Positions 1 to 11,548 of a DNA stretch of 64,000 nucleotides are shown here, in pieces. The stretch's first letter is position 1. Each line of letters starts with the position of its first letter. This DNA is from Protoeuglena noctilucae (Eukaryota). The notes beneath the pieces were generated by a model. That model saw only the letters and a list, made by a program, of their open reading frames with translations, had not been told where the DNA came from and searched no databases. The stretch is from positions 62,001 to 126,000 of the forward strand of contig OY253677.1 in NCBI GenBank assembly GCA_958009085.1, written 5' to 3'. Both the position numbers and the translations under genes were made by a program.

Positions 1-478
1 GCGCTCAGAAAGGGGCGCTCCAGACGTCTGCGTTTCCTCAGGGGTGCCGAGCTTGCCGCAACAATTCCCCATGATTGGACCAAAGACATGCAGAGCTGGC
101 CTTGTCTTGCCAAGGAGACTATGTGCGTCTCTATTGCAGGGGGTCGCTTAAACTTTTATCGTCTCTTTACAGCAGCAGAGAAAGCGCCGCTTCTGAGGCA
201 ATGGGCGTTCACTGGCGCAGCGCCGGCACTGGGGTTTCAGCAATTCATTGAACCGCGCCCGCAAAAGGGACTGTGGACGGCATCCTCGTCACCTCATCTC
301 TCGCCACATGATCCAGCTGTACCCGTTGCATCGATAACCTGTTCCGAAAAGCCAGCCTAAGCCTGCTCGCTCGCTTTCCAGTCACAGCTTGGACCTGTTC
401 GCGCACCTGCGATCGCTGCGCCGCCAGTATCCCCTCTAGCTCCTGCTAGCTCCCCGTCGTGACTCTCCGGCGCTCCGG

Positions 479-1680
479 ATGGGGCGGGGGACGCGCCACA
501 GCAAGAATGCGGGGGGTTACGGGTCCGAGGCGCTTACTTACCACGAGAAGCGCGCTCTGGGATATGGGACGGTCAAGGAGCGGCTGGGGAAGGTGCGGTC
601 AGGCGTGGCGCTAGGCAGGTCCGCGGCGGCGGGGTGGTTTTGACGGAACGCGACCCCGTGCCTCCGTTTCGGCCGGCAGGACTCCGTGGGAAACTACGAC
701 GACTGTCAGTTGTCGCTGACAACGGCGAAGGACCCCGTGGCCACGCCCGAGGGCGTCATCTACGACCGGGAGGCCATCCTCCACTGCCTGGTGCAGCAGA
801 AGAAGGACATTAAGCGCAAGATGGCCGCATGGGAGGCAGCGGAGCAGAGCGAGCGCGACAAGTGAGCGAGTCGGCTGTCAGCAACTGCGCTGACGGCGGC
901 TCGCCAGGTCGCGCGGCGCGACGACCGCTGCTCGCCGGTGCAGGGAGGCCGAGCGCGAGTGGGTGGACAGCCAGGCGCGGCTGCTGCAGTTCGAGCGGAC
1001 GCAGGCGGCGGGGCTGAGCGACCGAAGCGCCCGGGAGATCGCCGACGCTGTCAGGGCCGAGGCGGCCGCGGACAGGTGCGGTGTGAGAGGCACAGGTGTG
1101 GCTGGGTTCCCCCAGCGTGCACGCTGAGAGTAGGAGTGGCAGGACCTCGTAGTGTTTCTCTGCAAGCAGGTCGGTGGCTGCGAGCGTGGTGGCCATCCGT
1201 GAGAAGGAGGACCTCCGCCGGGACGTGCGGTCCTTTTGGCACGTGGACGCCCACGACGGGGCGGCGGTGCGGGCGCGGCCGGACAAGCCGGACACAGAGA
1301 CGCGGTGCCCCGTGACGGGCAAGCGCCTGCGCCTGAAGGACCTGGTGGACGTGCGGTGGACGCGGGTGACGGACGCGGGGCCGGGGGGGCCGCGTCACAT
1401 GGACCCGGTGACGAAGGACGCCTTCACGAACCGGAGCCACCTGGTGCTGCTGCGCGCCACGGGGGACGTGATGCACCGCGAGACGTACAAGAAGTTCGTG
1501 CAGCCGACGGGGGAGTTCAACGGCCGGCGCGTGAGGGCATCGGACGTGGTGGAGCTGCGGCGCGGGGGAACGGGCTACGCCGCGCACGACGAGCAGCTCG
1601 AGGCCAAGCGCGCCACGCAGATGGGCATCAACTCGGCCAGCTGGCAGAACGACTCCAAGTGGGGGCTGAAGTTTCGATGA
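479..1680 (+). CDS. NOSIP: Nitric oxide synthase-interacting protein (U-box/RING-like), multi-exon
   Basis: ATG at 479 gives MGRGTRHSKNAGGYGSEALTYHEKRALGYGTVKERLGK. After intron 593-679 it continues DSVGNYDDCQLSLTTAKDPVATPEGVIYDREAIL. The last exon carries CPVTGKRLRLKDL and LRRGGTGYAAH and ends at TGA 1678-1680. Confidence 0.92.
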
Positions 1681-1815
1681 TGAGCGGACGCGCGGGGCAC
1701 GTCGCTTGAACAGAAGGCCCTGCGCGGCAGTGAGACAACGCAACGCATGAATCTCTCTCGGCGGTGGCCGTCCAGAGACGGGCCGCGGCAGGCAATGCAG
1801 CGAGCGCGCGCACCT

Positions 1816-2175
1816 CTAGTATGGCCAGGTGGTGGCCGGGTGCCTCCTCTCCTTGTGCCAACCCATGACGTCCTTAAGGCCGGCATATGCCGTCGCTGCG
1901 AGGGAAAAGCAGGCCGCGCGTTTGCGGAACGGCGCCGCGAGCGACCCCGGAAGGGCCGGCAGGACGGACGAGCGAACGGCGGCCGCTGTGGGGGACCAGG
2001 CAACGCGCTCGCGGAACCAAAGGCGCATATTGATAATCATGGTGCACATAAGCACGCCCAGCGACGCCGCGAGGCTGCAGTTGGCCCGCAGTCGCGCCTC
2101 ACCCCCCCCGCCGATGATCAGGGACCATGTGATGACCGGCTCGCGGTACATCCACTTAATCAGCCACTCTCGCAT
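1816..2175 (-). CDS. Small single-TM protein, possibly complex I accessory subunit B9/NDUFA3-like; spliced
   Basis: MREWLIKWMYREPVITWSLIIGGG is followed by a GTGAG donor. The last exon reads ATAYAGLKDVMGWHKERRHPATTWPY*. The REPVIxWS+IIGG pattern resembles NDUFA3-type N-termini. Internal splicing is not fully resolved. Confidence 0.5.
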   Translation of the reverse strand: MREWLIKWMYREPVITWSLIIGGGGEARLRANCSLAASLGVLMCTMIINMRLWFRERVAWSPTAAAVRSSVLPALPGSLAAPFRKRAACFSLAATAYAGLKDVMGWHKERRHPATTWPY

Positions 2176-2572
2176 GGCGTTGACAAGCGCGTGCGGTTAA
2201 GGGCGGACGACGGGCCAGGAGTCCAGCTGGGCGCGTGGGGGATGCGCCTGCAGCTACTGAGCAGCCACGTCCGTCACGTCCCTGGGATCTGCTGTTTCAA
2301 AAGCGTCTGCCAACGTCTACGGGAGTTTTCCCTGCTTGTGAGTTCGAAATAACTTGATGCTGACGCTGACACGCGCTCGCTTGCGCCAGCTGGGATCGCA
2401 AAACCGCTCCGTTCTAGTGCGGATGGACGTGAATGCCTTCAAGCGCATCTGGATGGGAACCGGAGGGCGGGGCAAGGGCGCACGGCCCGGGAAAAGTGCA
2501 CATTATCACGTGGGTTTGCTGAGTCGAAGGATTGAGGCCTGAAGAGTGGCTATAGCTTTGCTGCGCAACAAT

Positions 2573-3827
2573 ATGTCCTCAGCAAAACCCGATGCCAATG
2601 CCGGCCAGAGGAGGGACGCCCGCAAGGCGCCAAAACGCAGGCCCGCAGACGAGAGTTCGGTGCTGGTGAGCGATGGCGTGCGCTCCTGCGCTTGATGGTC
2701 GTTCCGACGACGCGAGCTGATTATCTTGCTGTGCATGCATCGGCACGTGCGCGGCGGGCCCACGCAGTTACGCGTGGTGGTGGCTCTGGCGGTGGTGACG
2801 GTGGCGGTCGGGGTGACGTTCGGGGCGGTGGTGTACCTGAGGGGCAGGGGCGTCGTGAGCCCGAAGGAGGTGTGCAGCAGGCTTCTGCGCAACATGATAT
2901 CGGTGCGGGAGGTCATCGGATCGCCGGAGTACGTGTCGCCACGCCTGGAGAGCGCGACGGCGTTCCTGGACATCCCGAAGAAGGTGCGGGGGGGACGCAG
3001 CGAGTTGCCTGGCGGTGGTGCAAGCAGGGAAACCATTAGCAGCACATGCCTATATGCTCCACATGCAGGAGCTGGACTACTCGGCGGGGCTGATGGAGGT
3101 GAAGGCCTCCCGGATCCCGGGCATCTACGGGGCCTTTGCGAAAGGTGGGGAGTGAGGGGTAAGGGGCGGGCATGCATCGGCGCCTTGGCCAATACCGTCC
3201 AGTCAATGTCGCCCACAGTGGACATCCCCTCCTTCACGCTCCTGGGGACGTACCCCGGCGACCTGTACAACACGGCCTACTACCAGCGGGTGGTGAGCGA
3301 CGACGACAAGCGGTACACCTTCGCCATCTTCCGTGCTGCGGAGAAGTTCCGGGCGTCGAACCAGGAGGTCACCTTCCACTTCCACCTCGTCCCCTCCCGC
3401 CCGGCCAACCCCACCGAGGGGACCCTCGTCAACGCCATCCCCTACGTGAACGAGGCGCCCGTGTGGGCCGACTACAACACGCTGGCGGTGACCACGTTTG
3501 GGTACATGCTGGACGGCACGCCCACGGCCGAGGACCCGGAGCGGGTGGCTGTGGTGGAGTACTACACGTGCCGGGACGTCAAGGCGGGGGACGAGCTGTT
3601 CGTGTACTACGGGGCGCAGTACACGCGGGACTACGACCTGTCCAGGAAGATCGGGCGCTGCCAGTCGAACAAGGAGCTGGTGAGGCTGGGGCTGACTGCT
3701 AGCCAGCGGAATGCTACAGCGCGGCAGCCAGAGTGCAATCAGTCCCTTCTCCCGTCTGCTGCAGTACATTGGGTATACCGGGCTGCCTGCGTGTCGGGTG
3801 CTGCCGGGCACGAGGGACGAGCTGTAG
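2573..3827 (+). CDS. SET-domain protein with N-terminal signal anchor and C-terminal RDEL (5 exons)
   Basis: Exon 2573-2665 is basic (RRDARKAPKRR). The exon from 2768 encodes the hydrophobic LRVVVALAVVTVAVGVTFGAVVYL. SET motifs: VKASRIPGIYGAFAK/VDIPSFTLLGTYPG, YVNEAP and TCRDVKAGDELFVYYG. A phase-0 intron at 3680-3764 precedes YIGYTGLPACRVLPGTRDEL*. Confidence 0.8.
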
Positions 3828-3846
3828 TGCGGCTGCTCCCCGCATG

Positions 3847-5091
3847 CCACCCTTTCGTGCCGCGTGCCCGAGGCTGTTTCAGGCGCTGCCAGACGCCAGC
3901 AGCCTCGTGCTCGGTGAACCAGGAAATTGCCGCAAAGACACTCGTTGATCGGCTGTCTGGTGGCATCGCAAAGGCAGCACAGGCGACGAGAGAGCCTTGA
4001 AGCTGTGATAGGGCGCAGCTAGGGCGAAATGGCTCGCGATTCCGAGGCAGGGGACGCGGGGACAGATGGCAACGAGTCCGATTGGGAGGCTGAGTTGGAG
4101 AGCGGGGCTCTCGCAAGGCGCCTCGAGGGCGTGGGGCTTGGCAATGCAGGTGACGCGGTGCAGGGCCCTGCGCCGCAGCGCAGGGGCGGCGATGGCCTAC
4201 GATATTTTGTGCGCAAGATCTTTATCTCCCCCACATGCCGAACGTGCGGTCTCCAGGCCCTCCCGCGCAGTCGCGGGTCCGCGACCAGGCGCATCGCATC
4301 CGTCCGTGCCACCCGGCGCCGCGGGGGAGCGGCGAGGCGTCCTCGCGTCGTCCAGAGACGTCGTTGGCTGGGATGATGCCTCCAGCGAGCGTCCACGGCC
4401 CCGGGACCCCCGGGACGACGCCGGGATGGCCGGCCCCACGTCGCCACTGCCCGACACGGTGGGTTCCCTGCCCGACGGGGCGCGGCACGTGCTGGAGCTG
4501 CACGGGTTCCCTCCCAGCACAGACCGGGAGGACGTGGACGCGGCGTTGGACGCCGTGAGCGGGGGGGCGCGCGTGCGACCCTACGTGGTGTGGGTGGATG
4601 ACACGCACTGGTGAGGGTGCCACTGGGGGAGCACACATGGCTGCTGCCGTGCCATCCAAGCAGCAGCTTCGTCTGCTGCCGATGCTTGATTCCATGCCCT
4701 GTACATTCAAATCACACCCGTCTGTTCGCCCGCAGCCTGGCGGTGTTTGCGGGGCCGGAGGACGCCCGTGCCGCGCTGGGGGCCCACTATGCGCGGCTGC
4801 GTGAGGAGGGCACCAGGCTAGATGGCGTGTCGATGCGCATGGCCGCCGACAGCGCCCACCCCGCCACGCGCGCCATGCCTCTGGGGCGACTGCCGCCCGC
4901 CAAGCCCAGGTGGGGCGAGGGGGGCGGGTGCTGGCAGATGCCTAGTGGCAGGTCGGGTCCAGCGCGGCAGCGTTAGGCAAGTGGCGTAGCAACCCGCTTC
5001 TGCTTTCAGGCCCAAGGGGACGGCAGCCCTGGCGCGTCGGCTGATCGGGGGCGCGCTGGGCATCGACATGGAGCGGCAGGTGGCGGCCATG
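3847..5091 (+). repeat. Direct repeat copy A (1245 bp), partner of 11549-12793
   Basis: Same sequence at offset 7702. The listed ORF translations on both strands match in the two copies. First mismatch seen at 5092/12794. Confidence 0.95.
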
Positions 5092-5335
5092 AGCAGGGAG
5101 GAAGGGGACCGTGGGGAGCGGGGGAAGAGGATGGCCAGCGAGAGCCGGGAGCTGAGGTGAGACCCCCCGGGGTGGAGAGCTGCGTGAAGGTGGGGGTGGA
5201 ATGGCAGGCAGGGATGTCAGGTCATGTGATGACGCACCACGCGGTGCGTGCAGGGAGCTGCGAGAGCGGACGGCGCGCGAGAGGGCGGAGCGGCACGCAG
5301 AGAGGGCGGCGGCCGAGGCACGCGCGTGGTACTGA
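4029..5335 (+). CDS. R3HCC1L: R3HCC1/R3HCC1L-like RRM-fold plus coiled-coil protein, intact copy
   Basis: Motifs HVLELHGFPPS, VVWVDDTHCLAVF and ALARRLIGGALGI. The charged tail ELRERTARERAERHAERAAAEARAWY* follows intron 5157-5253. Confidence 0.78.
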
Positions 5336-5460
5336 CGCGCGACGACGTGTCATGGGTCGCGACCCATGCTAGGCATGACTGCACTGGGCAGTGCCTTGCC
5401 ATGCCGTCATCTTTGCTGCGGAGGCAATATTGCTTTGGAGTTAAATATGAAGCAAAGAAT

Positions 5461-6331
5461 TCAGCTTTCTGACCACAAATATTTCTCCAGGCCCCAGAAT
5501 GTCCAAGTGTTGGCCGTTTTAGTGGACGCCGTGTCGGACACAGTCGGCAGGGTCGCAGCCCGTGGGACTGACGCCTCTTCTCTTTCTTGAGGCATAAACT
5601 TGCTGGTCTTGGACTTCTTCTTCTTCTTTTTCTTCTCCTGCTTCTCTTTCCATCCTTGGTCCAACTCAAAGATGCTCCTGCCGTGGTAAATGATCTCCCC
5701 ACCTGCCTCGTAGAACTCTTTCATGATGAAGAGGCTTCCGAGCACCACGGATACGATGTAGCTGCGTGAAAGGTCAAACATTAAATGTGAATGGATAGCC
5801 CTGCGGAAGACGCCCCTGCAGCCATATGGGTCCGCACAGCGGGGCGCCAATGGGGATGCACACATGCCAGTACTGCTATGTCGCTGGTTTTGTGTCCCTC
5901 TCTTGCGCTCACATGGGGTTGCTGCCTTGTCCCAGCTCGGCCGAGTTGTATGACTGGAGAATGATCTGAGGTGCATCCTCCACAATCATCTCCATGAAGC
6001 AGCTGGCGAGGAGGACTTTGAGACCCTTTCCGGTGAGCTCCGCGTGGTCGGCCTTCTCCACGTGGTAGTACCCCAGCACCCACGGTGACGCGATCATGCC
6101 CGTCGCGAGGAAGAGCATGAGCATGAGGAGCTCGAGCACGAACTGCAGCACGAAGCCCAGGCAGTACAGGACCCCGATGATCGCGCAGTAGACGGTACAC
6201 AAGGACAGCCACGTGACCCCCAGGATACTGAGCAAGAGCTTGGCAAGCAGCACGAAAAACTCTGCGCTGTCCCCGTCCTGGTAAAACTCTTGCACTGGCT
6301 TGGACAGCCACCTGATTGTCAGGGCAACTTC
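5461..6331 (-). CDS. XK-related multi-pass membrane region; probably the 3' exons of the RCC1-repeat gene upstream
   Basis: An AG acceptor at 6332 opens EVALTIRWLSKPVQEFYQDG, followed by several hydrophobic helices, the motif EMIVEDAPQIILQSYN and a Lys-rich tail. It has no upstream ATG of its own. Confidence 0.55.
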
Positions 6332-6945
6332 CTGCAGTCGAAAATGGTTTCATTAATGAGTAATAATTGGTGTTATTTCAACAATTATTATAGAAATTCT
6401 AAAAATTTCGCAGCAAACTTACCTCGTGATCTTCGAGCCGGTGTCCAAAAGGGCAACCACTTTCTCCGTGAATTGCCGACGGCAGCAGGGCAACCATAGT
6501 CGACACTATGCTTCTTTCATCTTCTCCTCCCGTGTCACGTCCGTTAAAGGAGAATGAAATTTTTCTTGTTCTGCCTTCGAGTGGCAGTTGCATAATGCTC
6601 GGTAGCAGCTCGTAAAACTTGTGGTCCGCCCTGATGAACCTGCAGCAAAAAGGGCGGCAGTGTTGACTTGAAAAAATCGGCGACTTGATAACATAGTTTG
6701 TGTAATTTCGCTTTCTGTGGCGGGGAACCGAAAGACGCCCAGAATATAGGTACGTTTGATATTACCAGCATAACAAAGCAATTTGTGGGTGTAATTTGAC
6801 AGTTTGGAAGTAATGGGCAAAGGAGCAGTGTTTTGATATTGATTGCTTACCTGACCTGACTTCCCGCTGCTGGCAGAAACATAGTACTATTGCTCCATCA
6901 GTATGGCCATGCAATGATCGAGGACCGTACGCGACGAAGCGCTAG

Positions 6946-9027
6946 CTATTTATATGCGCTCAAAAGCCACGCTCTTCCGACGGATGGGTGTTGCCAGCAC
7001 GTAGAGGAGGTTGGAAAGGAGATCGAAGGTGCGCAGGGCGATCTTGAACCACATGCCCCTGTCCTCCCAAAACCCTCTCGGATCCTGCAATAATGGTCAG
7101 GGAGGATGGCTCTGCCAGCTGCCAGGGGTGATTCGCGCCGTCTCTGAAAGGACAAGGCCGCTTTGCATCGCCTCACCAACGCCAGCTTCACGACCACCAG
7201 CGCCACGACAAGGATGAGAATCGCAGCGGCAAGAGCGTACGCCTTGCGCGATGCCCACAAAATGACAGGTTTTGACAAAACGTCAGCTTTGCTTTGTGTC
7301 CATGGCAACGGCGGAGGGGGGGGGGAAGGCGGTGGGCTTGGCGGCGGAGGCGGCGACGGTGGTGGGCTGGGTGGCGGAGGCGGCGGTGGAGGCGAAGGCG
7401 GAGGACTAGGCGGCGAAGGTGGCGGGGGCGGCGGGGCACTTAGCACCCACCAAGGTGGCGGCGAGGGTGGCGGAGGCGGCGGCAAGGGTGGCGGAGGCGG
7501 CGGTGGAGGCGAAGGTGGAGGGCTAGGCCGGGGGGGGGGCGGGGCATTAAAAACCCACCATGGCGGCGGCGGAGACGGAGGGGGCGACGGCGGGGGAGGG
7601 GGCGAGGGGGGTACCATGAGGGTAAGCGATAACGGGGGCAGGGCAGCCCCGATCGTGCTCTTGCTGCCACCTCTGCCTAGGAAGTCGCCATAGCCGAGCT
7701 GGCCGAATGTGTTGTCTCCCACGCAAAAGATAGAGTAGGAAGACAGCAGCAAACAGGTGTGCCAACCCCCAAGCGCGACATGCGTCACAGGATATGACGA
7801 ATTGTAGCTCACAAAGGGCAAATTATTGCCCATGTCGCTGACACCGGCACCCCTGTTGTTTTTGTCGCCCACACCTAGCTGCCCGTAATTGTTTAGACCC
7901 CAGCACTTCACTGCACCCGTGGATACAAGTGCACACGCATGGAAATTTCCCACACCAATGCTTGAAACCTCGTAAGCGAGCCCGTTGTTGTCCGACCCGA
8001 GGTCCACTACGGTCAAAGGGCCGCCAGTGACTGTTTGCGCTGTACTCCCCAGGCCCAGCTGCCCGTAGCTATTGTCACCAAAGCACGTGACCTGCTTGTT
8101 GTTAAGCAAGACACAGGAGAAGGCATAGCCCACACCGACAGACACAGCTTTTGTGCCTGCGGGCAGCTGCACGGGTGCGAGGTTGTCCCCCAACGCCGAG
8201 CTTCCCTGGCTACCCGTATCACCGCCGAGCTGCGATCCGTTCCCCAGTAAGCCGGAACGTCCCCAGCATTTGACCGACCCGTCCGTGAGCACGGCGCATG
8301 CGGTGTACTGTCCCGTAGCTACCGATGTGGCTAGCACGTTCGTCCCCAGGTTGACGTACGGTAGCGCGCTGCCCATCTCTTGGGGCGAGGACCCGCGGCT
8401 GAGGTCATCCGTTACGCCTAGCTGACCAAAGTCGTTGCTGCCCCAGCACTTGATGCGACCCGCGCTGGATAGAGCGCATGAGTACCCTTGATACAGGTCG
8501 TACGTGTAGTTGTACATGTAAGTCGAGGACACCGAGACGTATGTATCGCTCCCCAGGGCAGCGGGCGTGAGCGTGCTGCCGCAGCTGCGCGATTTAACGT
8601 CACCCAAGCCGAGTTCCCCAAATTGGTTGTCACCACAGCACGACACGCTCCCCGCTGACGAAAGCGTGCACAGGAAGAGCCCTCCTGGGGACAGTCCCGC
8701 CACAGGCGAAAGGCCCGTCAGCGTGGGGATCGATACGACAGTCGCCGACCCTGGCGCCGACGTCGGAGATGGCGTTGGCGTTGGCGTTGGCGTAAAAGTT
8801 AGGGTGGGAGTGGTTACCTTCGTCGATGCCGGCGTTGATGGTGACTTTGGTGATGGTGTCGACACGACCGGAGGCTGAGGGATATCGCCCCAGCACATGA
8901 CCGTTCCATCGTAAAGAGTCGCGCATGTGGCGTGAAATCCCGCCGAAATGCTGGGCGTGATGGCCGTGCTGAGGTGGGCTATGAGCCCTGTGACCACAGC
9001 TACGTAGACGGCGTACCACCATCCCAT
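6946..9027 (-). CDS. Secreted/membrane RCC1(BLIP-II)-repeat beta-propeller protein with extensin-like Ser-Pro stalk and TM helix
   Basis: Signal peptide MGWWYAVYVAVVTGLIAHLSTA, repeated CWGxNxxGQLG units, a long SPPPP tract, and TM ALAAAILILVVALVVV. The likely true exon end is a GTGAG donor at 7176. Confidence 0.85.
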   Translation of the reverse strand: MGWWYAVYVAVVTGLIAHLSTAITPSISAGFHATCATLYDGTVMCWGDIPQPPVVSTPSPKSPSTPASTKVTTPTLTFTPTPTPTPSPTSAPGSATVVSIPTLTGLSPVAGLSPGGLFLCTLSSAGSVSCCGDNQFGELGLGDVKSRSCGSTLTPAALGSDTYVSVSSTYMYNYTYDLYQGYSCALSSAGRIKCWGSNDFGQLGVTDDLSRGSSPQEMGSALPYVNLGTNVLATSVATGQYTACAVLTDGSVKCWGRSGLLGNGSQLGGDTGSQGSSALGDNLAPVQLPAGTKAVSVGVGYAFSCVLLNNKQVTCFGDNSYGQLGLGSTAQTVTGGPLTVVDLGSDNNGLAYEVSSIGVGNFHACALVSTGAVKCWGLNNYGQLGVGDKNNRGAGVSDMGNNLPFVSYNSSYPVTHVALGGWHTCLLLSSYSIFCVGDNTFGQLGYGDFLGRGGSKSTIGAALPPLSLTLMVPPSPPPPPSPPPSPPPPWWVFNAPPPPRPSPPPSPPPPPPPPLPPPPPPSPPPWWVLSAPPPPPPSPPSPPPSPPPPPPPPSPPPSPPPPPSPPPSPPPPPLPWTQSKADVLSKPVILWASRKAYALAAAILILVVALVVVKLALVRRCKAALSFQRRRESPLAAGRAILPDHYCRIREGFGRTGACGSRSPCAPSISFPTSSTCWQHPSVGRAWLLSAYK

Positions 9028-10008
9028 GTTTGCGATGCCATAAGCCCTGGAGAGGAAGTGAACAGCACATGTGAGACAAACGTGCGGGTGCCGCTCACAT
9101 ATTTATTAAAAGTCAGTTCAATGCGAAGTGCAAAATGGTGTAAAAGCCAGAAAACTGACAAGATCATCACACGCGTGGCTCAAACAGAATTGTAGAAGTT
9201 TAAGAATGGCTTATGCGTCGCTGTGGGCCGAACAAGCTTAAGATGTAGCTGAGGCGCAATGAGAGGGCATGTGGCCATCACACGGCTCCAGAATGGCACC
9301 AGCATGGTAATGGCATGAAGATTCGTAAAGCAATGGCATTATCCTACCCAAAAAAATCTCATTTACTAGCAGGGGCTTTCCAGCGGTGCATTCCTGGGTC
9401 AACCTCGCAGCGCTATGCATAGCCATAGAAAAGACCCCCGAGATGGCTTCCATTATTGACTGGGACTTAGTTTGAGGAAAACCACGTTGACAGCGCGGGC
9501 CTTCTGGCGCAGAGAACCTCAGGAACGGCTGGGCCCAAGTTGGCAGGCCTAAAAACGTTTTACAGAGTGAAGAGAGGGCGCTCCATCCCGATCCTCTCAC
9601 CGGTGCTCCAAAATCAATATCTCAACCTCCAGTAGTGATGATCTGCCCGATTCACCCTCCTGCGGCGTCTCCCGGCGGGAGGCCGACTGCAACAACGCGC
9701 CGACTGCGCAGCTGGGCTTAAGCTGATGTGCGACTGCCAGCCCCTCTGCTTAATTTCGCTTGGTGCACATCGGGCGCTTTCCCGAAGAGCTGCAAATCTC
9801 GCTTGCAAGGTTTCTGGCGCGAATGCAGTCAGACTGCAGCACAATAACAATAACAGACAGCCGCATGCCTCCCCATCTCGCAAGTATGACTTGCTTAAAC
9901 TTGCACAGATGTCCATAACTTGGCTTGAACAGCAAATTACCACTCCCATTCGCCTGTATACAGCGCCCAGCCCCGGCTGTACCATCCCCTAGGAGGCCGA
10001 CACAAAGA

Positions 10009-10830
10009 CTAGCGTGACGAGCGCCACGAGACCCGAGATGACTGCAATGGCCGCGCTGGAGTTGACAAGGGTGTTGCAAGTGTCATCCGTGCAACACGTG
10101 AAAGCGTGGGCGGTGAGGATGCTGTTGCTCCTGAGGTAAGAGAGAAGCCATCGAATATTGTTCCAGGAAACAACAAACCATGAGAAGGGAAGGGGGGAGG
10201 GGGGGAGGGGGGCAATTAAAGTTCAAGACTCACAGATCGTGCTCGTAGGCGGAGTAGTCCGTGGTATCCCCAGCATTGAACTTGGCTGTCGAAAGTACGT
10301 CAGCTTGGCACTGGGAGGAGGCCCAGCACCCAAAGGGTATCGCGACGTACCCCTGCTGGTTGTTGCCTTGGCCATCCTGGGCTCTGCGGCACACAAAAAA
10401 AGGTATCTTGCTCCCCTGCTTGTCCCAGCCTTGCGTCGACATGCAGTTACAGCAACGCGTGGTCACTTAATGACGGCACTGCCGCAGTAGTATGTCGTGT
10501 ACGTATCGTCACAGCTGACCTGCATGCGTCGATGGGGCAATGTCTTTCTAAGTCATCAGTGTCACAGTAACTGTCACAAGCCCTGGCGCACAGAAATTTG
10601 TGGCGCATCACAAAAGCCGAAATGCAAAGTATGCTGCGTGCAAACCTGGGTGACGTTGGCGTTTTGGAAAATGCAGTTCCTTGTGGAGCGCCAGTCCGTT
10701 TCATTTGCGCATGTCACACCGAGCAGAGAGCTGGTGTTTGACACGAGATTGCACGTGCTGGAGCCAGCTGCCATGGCTTGGCCCATGAGGGCCAGGCGTG
10801 AAGGCAACGACGGCGACAGCGTGGCACATT
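10009..10830 (-). pseudogene. Decayed gene for a secreted Cys-rich, Pro-stalk protein
   Basis: A signal-like start is split by a frameshift (MCHAVAVVAF / LALMGQAMA). Cys-rich exon-like pieces follow (STCNLV...CANE...RNCIFQ; ACDSYCDTDDLERHCPIDACR; CCNCMSTQGW), with an in-frame TAA and a PPSPPPP remnant. Confidence 0.45.
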
Positions 10831-11548
10831 TTTCTGCGGTTGCAAGGGAGTAATTTCAATAAGACCTCGGTGATGCGTGAGTATAAATTGCAAAAACACT
10901 TTTTCTGCTAACCAGCTGCAGCCGCATCACTTGAGACAGCAGAAAACTAGGCTGGGAAGCCCGACCCCTATCGCGGGGAAAGACAGCGGCGCCCATTCCC
11001 TCAAATGACCCGCTGGGTCAAGGATCCATATGTTGTGAACACAATGCTAGTACAGAGCAGCGATATGGCCCGGAAGCGGCCCTGAGTGGGAGGCCCACGC
11101 GTGGGCACAACGCTGGCTGGATATCGTGCACACGCGCGAGCGCACCGCTTCGATCGTGTCACCAGCAAGTCTGTGACGACACAGAGAGTTTCTTGTGGCG
11201 CCAATAGCTTTGTTCCGACGGGTCTGTCGGCGGGTCTGTCGAAGCTTGACCCTCCGCGTCCCAAGAGACTTACAGGAGACAGGGCTGACGGTGCAAGGAG
11301 AAGAAATGCTTTGTGAAAACACCGGAGACGGTATCGACGGTAAGCCCCCCTGCTTCAGGGATTCTGAATATCAGCGTCCAGAAACCCAAAAAAAACCCTG
11401 CCAAGCAACTGCTACTCGTACAGAGCCACTGGAATATTGCAAAAGCGTACTCTGTGCGCAGTGACAGCTGCCGTTGAAGTAGATAAATTTGTTTTCGGGG
11501 AATAAGCCCTTCGCCACAGCGCACTGCGCCGCAGGGGTGGAAGCTGAC

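Noticed and set aside
88..360. 90-aa ORF or possible RNA gene at the window start
   Set aside because: No recognisable protein motif or tRNA/snRNA/rRNA signature; treated as upstream or intergenic sequence.
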